Assembly (NCBI GenBank): GCA_943359325.1
Contig: CALRHD010000004.1
Span: 5,836 to 69,835, forward strand
DNA: 64,000 nucleotides
Source of the DNA: Candidatus Uhrbacteria bacterium
Lineage (GTDB): Bacteria; Patescibacteriota; Patescibacteriia; UBA9934
Reading direction: 5' to 3'
Part shown: positions 8,470-15,307 of the stretch, piece by piece
How positions within the stretch are numbered: position 1 is the first letter of the stretch
How the letters are laid out: every line of letters starts with the position of its first letter
Notes under the pieces: model-generated
The model's input: the letters and a program-made list of their open reading frames with translations, nothing else
The model's database searches: none
Told to the model about the DNA's origin: nothing
Translations under genes and position numbers: made by a program

Positions 8470-11040
8470 TCACAGGTCGCCCCAATTTTTGCCCACGGCG
8501 ACGTCAACAATAAGGGGGATCTCGAGTGCGACAACATCTGACATCAACCCTGGAATTTCTGCTTGCGCATTTTTTACATCATCTTCATGTACCTCAAACA
8601 CCAATTCATCGTGTACCTGAAGGAGCATCGTGATTCGTAGACTACTTTTTGCAATCCATGTATCAACCCGTTCCATGGCCATTTTAATAATATCGGCCTG
8701 CGCACCCTGAATTGGCATGTTTATCGCCATGCGCTCCGCAGCGGCAACAAGTTGCGGCACACCGCTATTCACGTCGGGTAAATACCTCCGACGCCCAAAC
8801 ATCGTTTGCACAAATTCATCACGATGTGCAGCGATTTTCGTTTCATCGAGATACTCTTGCACGCCATGATGCACAGAAAAATAGCGATCAATGTACTCAC
8901 GCGCTTCGTCAAAACTGACTCCTGCACTTCTTCCGAGCGACCGTGGGCCAATGCCGTACAAAATACCAAAGTTAATCGCTTTCGCCGCAAAGCGCTGGTC
9001 CTTCGTGACTCTTTCTTCGTCAATATCCCACATTTCCGCCGCAGTTCGCCTGTGAATGTCTGCACCGTCCTTAAATGCGCTGAGAAACGCTTCATCTTTC
9101 GCGACAATAGCCGCAAGCCTCAATTCGATTTGTGAATAGTCTGCTGAAAGCAGCACATGGTGTGGCTTCGCAACAAACGCCTTGCGAATTTCTCGCCCAA
9201 GTTCGGTACGGACAGGAATATTCTGCAAATTTGGGTTCGACGACGACAATCGCCCTGTCGCAGCAACACATTGATTAAACTGCGCATGAATTCTTCCATC
9301 CGCCGCAACCAATTTTGGTAATGCATCCGCATAGGTACTTTTCAACTTCGCCAACTCACGATATTCCAAAATCAAAGGAATAATCGCATGACACTCTACA
9401 AGCTTTTCAAGCTCTGGCGCAGCAGTAGAAAAACCTGTTTGTGTTTTTTTTATGCCTTTAGTTGGTATCTTTAAGTCATCAAATAATACCTCTGCAAATT
9501 GCGACGGGGAGTTGATATTAAATTCCTTGCCTGCAAGTTTATGAATCTCTTTCGTTAATTGCTCCAATCGTTCGTCAAATGTTTTTGAAAGCGACGTAAG
9601 CTTTTTGACGTCAACATGAATACCCGCATATTCCATACGGAACAAAATAGGCACAAGCGGCATTTCAATGTCGCTCGCGAGTTTTTCCATACCATCTTTT
9701 TTGAGTCGTACGTGCAGTGCGTCGGAAAGATCAAAAAGGGAAGTGAGCTGTGTTAGGGGCGACACCGCCTCATACCTCAATTCTTGCCGTACAATGTCGG
9801 TAAATGCCACTTCGCGGTCACCTGAAGAAAGGAGATACGCCGCAACCATGACGTCGAAGCATGCTTTCACACTCGGCATGCCTTTTGTTGCATGAGCCAG
9901 GGCGTGCAGCACGCCCTTCACATCGTAGCCAATAATTTCTTCTGTGACTGCAATCTTTTCTGTAATCTCTTTCAGTACACTTTCCGACGGATGCTCGGCA
10001 CAAAACATACGCTCACCATCAAAAATCCCCACCCATTCGACAGACCCACCGAACAAATCTGCTGCCTTCGGCACAAGCACAACTGCAATTCGCCTACCAG
10101 AAATTTCACCTAGAGGAGTTTTACGCACCGCACTTTTCATTCCCTTCTTTTCTCCTTCCTCTGACCCGCCCTCATACTTCTTCAATAACACCTTAAACTC
10201 TAAATCCCTCAACAACGGCAAAAGCAGAACAAGATTCGGCGTACCAACCGCTGCTTTCGATACATCAAAATCCATCAGGTCAACATCGCGAACGATTGTC
10301 ACCAGTCGACGCATCTGCTCTGCCAATTTTTCCTGCCCCTCAAGCTTCTTTGTAAACTTGGCGGGCACGTCACCCTTTTTCAGTGCGGCAAAAATTTTTT
10401 CAACGCTCCCAAACTGTTGCATTAAACTTGTCGCTGACTTTTCACCGAGGCCGCGAATCCCAGGAATGTTGTCGGATGTGTCACCGAGCATGGTCTTTAG
10501 GTCAATAAGTTGCGGAGGCAGCAGCCCATACTTCTTTTGCACCGCATCAACGTCGTACGTTGCGGTCTCTGAAAGTCCTTTCACGAAAAACACCACCTTC
10601 GTGTGGTCGTCGACCAACTGCAGCAAGTCTCTATCGCCTGTCACAATCAACGTCTCGTAGTCTTTTTTTGCGTTGTGGCTCGCAAGCGTACCAATAACGT
10701 CGTCGGCCTCAAACCCCTCAGCCGAAAGCGATGGAATACCGTATGCACGCAGAACCTCCTGAATAATCGGGATCTGGTCGTACAGCTCCTGTGCCTTTTT
10801 TTCGCGATGCGCCTTATACGGGGTAAATTCGTTGTGGCGAAACGTCGGCCCTTCCAAATCCCATGCGACTGCCATGAAGTCAGGAGAAAACATGCGCAAC
10901 ATTTTGTCGACGACATTCGTAAAGCCATAAGCGGCATTCACCATACGTCCGTCTTTTGTGGTGAGCGGCGGAACAGCATGCCACGCACGGTGCAAAAGGG
11001 CATTACCGTCGAGGATAAGGAATGTTTTTCGGTCAGTCAT
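8470..11040 (-). CDS. polA: DNA polymerase I
   Basis: 5-prime-to-3-prime exonuclease N-terminus (MTDRKTFLILDGNALLHRAWHA...), polymerase motifs (DYSQIELR, QVHDELVFE). Start moved to the internal ATG at 11040 because the upstream 46 codons look like a non-coding read-through. Confidence 0.9.
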   Translation of the reverse strand: MTDRKTFLILDGNALLHRAWHAVPPLTTKDGRMVNAAYGFTNVVDKMLRMFSPDFMAVAWDLEGPTFRHNEFTPYKAHREKKAQELYDQIPIIQEVLRAYGIPSLSAEGFEADDVIGTLASHNAKKDYETLIVTGDRDLLQLVDDHTKVVFFVKGLSETATYDVDAVQKKYGLLPPQLIDLKTMLGDTSDNIPGIRGLGEKSATSLMQQFGSVEKIFAALKKGDVPAKFTKKLEGQEKLAEQMRRLVTIVRDVDLMDFDVSKAAVGTPNLVLLLPLLRDLEFKVLLKKYEGGSEEGEKKGMKSAVRKTPLGEISGRRIAVVLVPKAADLFGGSVEWVGIFDGERMFCAEHPSESVLKEITEKIAVTEEIIGYDVKGVLHALAHATKGMPSVKACFDVMVAAYLLSSGDREVAFTDIVRQELRYEAVSPLTQLTSLFDLSDALHVRLKKDGMEKLASDIEMPLVPILFRMEYAGIHVDVKKLTSLSKTFDERLEQLTKEIHKLAGKEFNINSPSQFAEVLFDDLKIPTKGIKKTQTGFSTAAPELEKLVECHAIIPLILEYRELAKLKSTYADALPKLVAADGRIHAQFNQCVAATGRLSSSNPNLQNIPVRTELGREIRKAFVAKPHHVLLSADYSQIELRLAAIVAKDEAFLSAFKDGADIHRRTAAEMWDIDEERVTKDQRFAAKAINFGILYGIGPRSLGRSAGVSFDEAREYIDRYFSVHHGVQEYLDETKIAAHRDEFVQTMFGRRRYLPDVNSGVPQLVAAAERMAINMPIQGAQADIIKMAMERVDTWIAKSSLRITMLLQVHDELVFEVHEDDVKNAQAEIPGLMSDVVALEIPLIVDVAVGKNWGDL

Positions 11041-11119
11041 ACGGAAACATTGTAGCAGATAAAACAAGACGCCCGCCCAACCCCGAAGGATTGAGCGAGC
11101 GAGTTTTGTAGCGCGAGAG

Positions 11120-12022
11120 CTACTTGGCGGTAGCGCCGGTCGACGGGCTGTCTTGGACACGAAGGGCGAAGACGTCACGCCAGGCCAAGCCGGTCTGGAG
11201 CGTCGTCTTGCCGCTGCTCGTGTCGAAGCCGATCAGGCCGATCTTCTTCGTGACGCGTCCATCCGAGCCGAGGCTCGCGAAGGGGAGTGCATCACCGACG
11301 ACATCGTCCTGATGAGCACTGGCGTTGACGAGAAGCTTGTCACCGCTCTGCTCGGCGGTCACAGTCGTCTTCGTGTTCAGGTCGACGTAGCCCATGATGA
11401 GCTCGGCGTTCTGATTCGCGAAGCGCGGCGCGAGGATCGCGTTCTTCGGCACGTCGAGCGTGTCGGTCGAAAACTCGATCTGTCGATTGTCGACGATCGT
11501 CTGCATGACAACCCCGATTTCCATCTGCCCGAGCGTATCGGCGTAGCGGATGGCCATCTTGCCATTCTCGAGCGGCTGGAAGCCTTCAACGCCGGAACGC
11601 GCCGTCGCGTCGTAGGCGGTCCACGTCTTACCGTGAACATTCACGAACATCGTGATCGTCTTTCGGTAGGTCTGGTCCATCACGCCGGCAGTGGCGAAAT
11701 GGAAGCCCGTCGTGTGGAGCTGCGTGAGAACGCGGGCGAAATCGTTGATCTCGTCCTCATTCATTTGCAGTGCGTCGATGACGTTCTGGTTCTGCACGAA
11801 CAGCACCTTTCGATGGCCGTCGTCGATTGCCATGTAGGACACATCTACTTCCTTGAAGCCGTCCTTGACCGGACCCGAGTTGTCCTCGAGCTTGTAGAGG
11901 ATGGTGCCCGTCTGCTGGTCGCGACCGACCGCAACACGCATCTTTTTCTGCGCGGTGAAGATGTTGCTGTTGTCGTTCTCGAGGAAGCCGATGAGGGCGA
12001 TGGCGGTGAGAATGAGTTTCAT
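11120..12022 (-). CDS. hypothetical secreted protein or lipoprotein
   Basis: 300 aa. Signal peptide MKLILTAIALIGFLEN. AGGAG RBS 6 nt upstream of the ATG at 12022. The opposite-strand 291-aa ORF is Arg-rich antisense-like. Confidence 0.6.
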   Translation of the reverse strand: MKLILTAIALIGFLENDNSNIFTAQKKMRVAVGRDQQTGTILYKLEDNSGPVKDGFKEVDVSYMAIDDGHRKVLFVQNQNVIDALQMNEDEINDFARVLTQLHTTGFHFATAGVMDQTYRKTITMFVNVHGKTWTAYDATARSGVEGFQPLENGKMAIRYADTLGQMEIGVVMQTIVDNRQIEFSTDTLDVPKNAILAPRFANQNAELIMGYVDLNTKTTVTAEQSGDKLLVNASAHQDDVVGDALPFASLGSDGRVTKKIGLIGFDTSSGKTTLQTGLAWRDVFALRVQDSPSTGATAK

Positions 12023-12156
12023 GATTGACTCCTGTAAAGCACCAACCTGAGTGGCTGGCTGTCGTACACGCTGGTACGAACGAGCGAAATTATGCCTGAG
12101 GAACAAAATCGTGTCAAACTCTCCATCCCCAACTCAATAAAAAACATAGCGAATAC

Positions 12157-12185
12157 TTGCGAAAAAACACCAAAAATGCTACAAT
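12157..12185 (+). promoter_or_regulatory. sigma70-like promoter TTGCGA-17-TACAAT upstream of the tRNA-Arg/tRNA-His pair
   Basis: Hexamers read directly. 17-nt spacer. The -10 ends about 26 nt before the tRNA 5-prime end. Confidence 0.55.
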
Positions 12186-12211
12186 CGGCAAGCAAAAATC
12201 CTCTTTCTCGT

Positions 12212-12288
12212 GCCCTGATAGCTCAGTTGGATAGAGCAGGGGACTTCTAAGCCCAAGGTCGATGGTTCGATCCCATCTCAGGGCACCA
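12212..12288 (+). tRNA. tRNA-Arg (anticodon UCU)
   Basis: Acceptor GCCCTGA/TCAGGGC, D-arm GCTCAGTTGGATAGAGC, anticodon loop CTTCTAA, T-arm GATGG-TTCGATC-CCATC, CCA encoded. The anticodon stem has only 3 G-C pairs flanked by mismatches. Confidence 0.65.
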
Positions 12289-12345
12289 GAAAGGGGATTC
12301 ATTTGCCAACACTCATTTTTTTGCTACTATTGCGGCTGCAAACAT

Positions 12346-12421
12346 GGCGGTCATGGTGTAACGGTTAGCACTGAAGATTGTGGATCTTCCGGCGTGGGTT
12401 CAACTCCCACTGGTCGCCCCA
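12346..12421 (+). tRNA. tRNA-His (anticodon GUG) with encoded G-1
   Basis: The extra 5-prime G pairs with the discriminator C73, giving the 8-bp acceptor characteristic of tRNA-His. Anticodon stem GAAGA/TCTTC, loop TTGTGGA, T-arm GTGGG-TTCAACT-CCCAC, CCA encoded. Confidence 0.85.
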
Positions 12422-12426
12422 AAAAA

Positions 12427-12453
12427 GAACCTCCCGAGTGGAGGTTCTTTTTT
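12427..12453 (+). terminator. rho-independent terminator after tRNA-His
   Basis: GAACCTCC-cgagt-GGAGGTTC followed by TTTTTT. Confidence 0.8.
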
Positions 12454-12467
12454 ATGCCGAGACTGGT

Positions 12468-13385
12468 TTATTCTCCCTTTCCATGAAACTCCTTGTACAC
12501 CCGCTTGAGTTCTTTGTCGGTAATGTGGGTATAGACCTGCGTCGTCGTAATAGATGAGTGACCAAGGAGCGATTGGACACTGCGAATGTCGGCGCCGTTG
12601 CGAAGGAGATCGGTGGCGTAGGTGTGGCGAAGGGTATGAGGAGTGACGCGCTTGGTGATGCCTGCGCCGCGAGAATAGTGATCGACGAGACGTTGAATAG
12701 AGCGCGAGGTGAGTGGTGCAGCGGCAACGCCCATCTGCGCTCTGTCGTGACGCACAAACAAGTACGGTGATACATCAACACGCTTGGCAAGATATGACTT
12801 TATTGCCTGGCGTGCAGGCTCCGACAAAAATACAATCCGATGTTTACTGCCCTTACCCTTTACCGTAAATTCATCTTGTTTTAAATTCACCTGCTCAATT
12901 GGCAAGTTCGCCAACTCCGACACACGTAAGCCTGTCGAAAATAAGAGTTCAAGAATTGCACTATCGCGAAGCCCAACAATGCTCATGTCTTTTGCAGGCA
13001 GTGCGAGCATTCTCTTCAACTCGTCGGATTCAAGAAAACTTACGTGTCGCGATTCTTGTTTCGCAAGCTCAATCTTTTCCGCTGACAATGACTCAACGTC
13101 ACGCTTCGCTAAGTATTTTAAAAATGCACGAAGCGCGATAAGGTGATAATTCTGCGTATTCTTTTGCAACGTCGCTTCCTCGCGACCAGTAATGCTGCGA
13201 TTAAGGTAGAGTCGAAATCGTCGTACCTGTTCCTCGGTAATTCCTTTTGGCGACACGATTCCCGCCCACGAAAGAAATCGGTGAATATAAAAATGATAAT
13301 TTCGTACTGTTTGCGGCGTTCGACCGCGCTCTATTTCAAGGTAGTCGAGAAACTGTTGAAGATAACGGTCGATCGAAGACGCCAT
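12468..13385 (-). CDS. tyrosine site-specific recombinase, XerC/XerD family
   Basis: 305 aa. N-terminal SAM-like core-binding domain (YLQQFLDYLEIERGRTPQTVRNYHFYI). C-terminal catalytic motifs (HTLRHTYAT...LLGHSSITTTQVYTH). Confidence 0.85.
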   Translation of the reverse strand: MASSIDRYLQQFLDYLEIERGRTPQTVRNYHFYIHRFLSWAGIVSPKGITEEQVRRFRLYLNRSITGREEATLQKNTQNYHLIALRAFLKYLAKRDVESLSAEKIELAKQESRHVSFLESDELKRMLALPAKDMSIVGLRDSAILELLFSTGLRVSELANLPIEQVNLKQDEFTVKGKGSKHRIVFLSEPARQAIKSYLAKRVDVSPYLFVRHDRAQMGVAAAPLTSRSIQRLVDHYSRGAGITKRVTPHTLRHTYATDLLRNGADIRSVQSLLGHSSITTTQVYTHITDKELKRVYKEFHGKGE

Positions 13386-13442
13386 ACGCGAACAGTATAC
13401 TCTTGATTTTACATCAGCTCACTATATGTTACAGTAACATAT

Positions 13443-13729
13443 ATGAAATCAACCATCTCATATTCGCTTCCTGTCACAATTTTCCGCGAGGGGGGGCATT
13501 TGTTGCATATACTCCTTCGCTCGATTTATCATCCACAGGAAAAACTGAAAAGGCAGCAAGGCGAATGTTTGCAGAAGCCGTTGAAGCATTTTTTGAAGAG
13601 CTGGAAGCGATGGGTACCATGGACGCGGTATTAAAAAGTTTAGGTTGGACGAAGTCGAAGGGAAAGTTTGTGCCGCCACAGGTTGTTGAGCAATCGCTTA
13701 TGAATATTATGGTCCCCGCTTTCGCATAG
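13443..13729 (+). pseudogene. HicB-like (UPF0150) antitoxin gene interrupted by a frameshift at a G7 homopolymer (13490-13496)
   Basis: ATG at 13443 encodes MKSTISYSLPVTIFREGG. After the G-tract the -1 frame continues AFVAYTPSLDLSSTGKTEKAARRMFAEAVEAFFEELEAMGTMDAVLKSLGW...PAFA to 13729. The joined roughly 96-aa product matches the HicB/UPF0150 pattern (Y.v..e.eeGG.y.a.vP.l.g....G.T.eEA...a.eAie..le). One extra G would restore the frame. Confidence 0.6.
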
Positions 13730-13824
13730 TATTTATGGGAGATTTCGGATCAGAGTGATAATAATAAACAGAGCCTGTGCAAATCTCCGTTGACCCAAAC
13801 TGTACTCCTGCTATGATAGCTCGC

Positions 13825-13890
13825 GTTACATCGACTCACATCTGAGTCGGCCAATAGATCGTGGTCACCATGCTTGACCACGATCTTTTG
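13825..13890 (+). ncRNA. candidate small RNA: promoter-like TTGACC-16-TATGAT (13790-13817), then two stem-loops ending in a T-run
   Basis: Hairpins cgactca-catc-tgagtcg and gatcgtggtc-accatgctt-gaccacgatc followed by TTTTGTT. May simply be the terminator of the upstream HicB-like gene. Confidence 0.25.
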
Positions 13891-14038
13891 TTAAACAGAA
13901 CTTCCCCAGTTGGCCTATTTTCGACTCACGACATCACAAACTTCCTCACCGTACCGATTACAGTACGCCTCGGAAGCTTTGCTCGTCATTCATCGAAACT
14001 AGTCTCAACTGAAAAAGTTCTGATAGCTCGTGAGAAAG

Positions 14039-14067
14039 TTGACGAAAACGCAAGCGTTCGCTATAGT
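14039..14067 (+). promoter_or_regulatory. sigma70-like promoter TTGACG-17-TATAGT for rpsO
   Basis: Hexamers read directly. About 80-nt leader to the rpsO ATG at 14153. Confidence 0.55.
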
Positions 14068-14152
14068 CCGACCGTAATTCATACGGCTGTTCGTGGGGGC
14101 TGAGGGAGTTCAGCAACCCATACCTCCTGCGAGACAGATGATTTGTCAGACT

Positions 14153-14443
14153 ATGCTGAGCAAGAAACAAAAAGAGGGTATTATCAAAAAGTACGGCACA
14201 CATGCGTCCGACACTGGTTCGCCACAAGTACAAATCGCCATTCTCACCAAAGAAGTCGAAGAATTGACGAAGCACTTGAAGGGTCACCGTAAGGACTTCA
14301 GCTCACGCCGCGGACTCATTAAAAAAGTTTCGGAACGTCGCCGCTTGCTCAAATATTTGGAGCGCGAAGATGAAAAAGCGTTTGCAAGCATTGTCGCCGA
14401 CCTCGGCCTCAAAGCACAACAAGCAAGCGCAAAAATCGTATAA
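14153..14443 (+). CDS. rpsO: 30S ribosomal protein S15
   Basis: MLSKKQKEGIIKKYGTHASDTGSPQVQIAILTKEVEELTKHLKGHRKDFSSRRGLIKKVSERRRLLKYL... is the classic uS15 pattern. The internal ATG was chosen because the ORF 5-prime extension is non-coding leader. Confidence 0.9.
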   Translation: MLSKKQKEGIIKKYGTHASDTGSPQVQIAILTKEVEELTKHLKGHRKDFSSRRGLIKKVSERRRLLKYLEREDEKAFASIVADLGLKAQQASAKIV

Positions 14444-14511
14444 GTTTTTCCACACACCTCGCTCCGTGCGAGGTGTTGCGGTATACTGTCCTCAACATTT
14501 TTTTTTACGAT

Positions 14512-15189
14512 ATGCTCAACACTTCACAACGCCGCATTGGCGTGTTTATCGACATACAGAACATGTACTACAGCGCTCGAAACATTTACGGGCAGAAGGT
14601 CAATTTTCTGAACATCGTCAAAGCTGCAGCAGGCGACCAGCAACTTATTCGCGCTATTGCATACTGCGTTTCCACGAAAGGTGGCGACGAGCTCGCGTTT
14701 TTTGAAGCACTCCATTCCGTCGGCATTGAAGTCATGACGAAGGAACTGCTCGAATACGATTCAGGACACAAAAAAGGGGATTGGGATGTAGGGATCGCTA
14801 TCGACGTTGTACGCATGTGCGACATGTTTGACGTCGTTGTGCTCGTGTCGGGCGACGGCGACTATGTCCCTGTCGGCGAATATGTGAAGAGTCGCGGCCG
14901 TATTTTCCAAGTTATGTCGTTCCGTGAGTCAACATCCACAAGGCTCGTCGATTTTGCTGATGTGTACACAAACCTTTCCGACGACAAGGGTCGTTACCTC
15001 ATGGCAGCCTCCGGTCGCTCCCGTCCTGCAAAACATGGCGAAGCAAGCATTGACTTGACCGCAGTCGAAGACGAAGCAGGCGCTGCAGCACCAAAAAAGC
15101 CTGTTGTCGCCAAGAAAGCAACCGCTCCAGACGAAAAAGAAAAGGTCGACCAAGCACGCAAGCCACGCCGCTACAATCGTCATAAATAG
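14512..15189 (+). CDS. NYN-domain (LabA/YacP-like PIN-fold) protein with Lys/Ala/Pro-rich basic C-terminal tail
   Basis: RRIGVFIDIQNMYYSAR...NFLNIVKAAAG...AIAYCVS...VVVLVSGDGDYVP... matches the NYN/LabA family. The tail AAPKKPVVAKKATAPDEKEKVDQARKPRRYNRHK is histone-H1-like. Confidence 0.75.
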   Translation: MLNTSQRRIGVFIDIQNMYYSARNIYGQKVNFLNIVKAAAGDQQLIRAIAYCVSTKGGDELAFFEALHSVGIEVMTKELLEYDSGHKKGDWDVGIAIDVVRMCDMFDVVVLVSGDGDYVPVGEYVKSRGRIFQVMSFRESTSTRLVDFADVYTNLSDDKGRYLMAASGRSRPAKHGEASIDLTAVEDEAGAAAPKKPVVAKKATAPDEKEKVDQARKPRRYNRHK

Positions 15190-15198
15190 TTGACATAT

Positions 15199-15222
15199 CA
15201 TCATCGAACCTGTTCGATGATG
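15199..15222 (+). promoter_or_regulatory. 9-bp perfect hairpin (catcatcga-acctgt-tcgatgatg) in the pnp leader
   Basis: Inverted repeat read directly, located between the NYN gene stop and the pnp start. Confidence 0.4.
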
Positions 15223-15307
15223 CTTGTTACTTATTTATAACCTCGGCCCGGGACATCGAGATCTTCGCAATATAGCGAGAGCTCTTGTGCCTCGGGCGGA
15301 AAAAACT

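Noticed and set aside
11153-12028. 291-aa plus-strand ORF opposite the 300-aa secreted-protein gene
   Set aside because: Arg/Leu/Val-rich with a high-GC third-position pattern typical of antisense read-through. The minus-strand frame has a signal peptide, an AGGAG RBS and normal composition.
12468-13385. Calling the tyrosine recombinase a prophage or ICE integrase
   Set aside because: It has the XerD-type N-terminal domain, typical length, and no adjacent mobile-element cargo or att repeats that I could see. The housekeeping Xer role is more likely.
13247-13729. 160-aa ORF as listed (start at 13247)
   Set aside because: Its first roughly 46 codons are antisense to the start of xerC/D. Only the part downstream of the G7 tract is HicB-like, and it is better explained as the frameshifted continuation of the ATG at 13443.
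14473-14511. Promoter-like TTGCG/TATACT just upstream of the NYN gene
   Set aside because: Only a 1-nt spacer between the hexamer-like elements, so not a valid -35/-10 pair.
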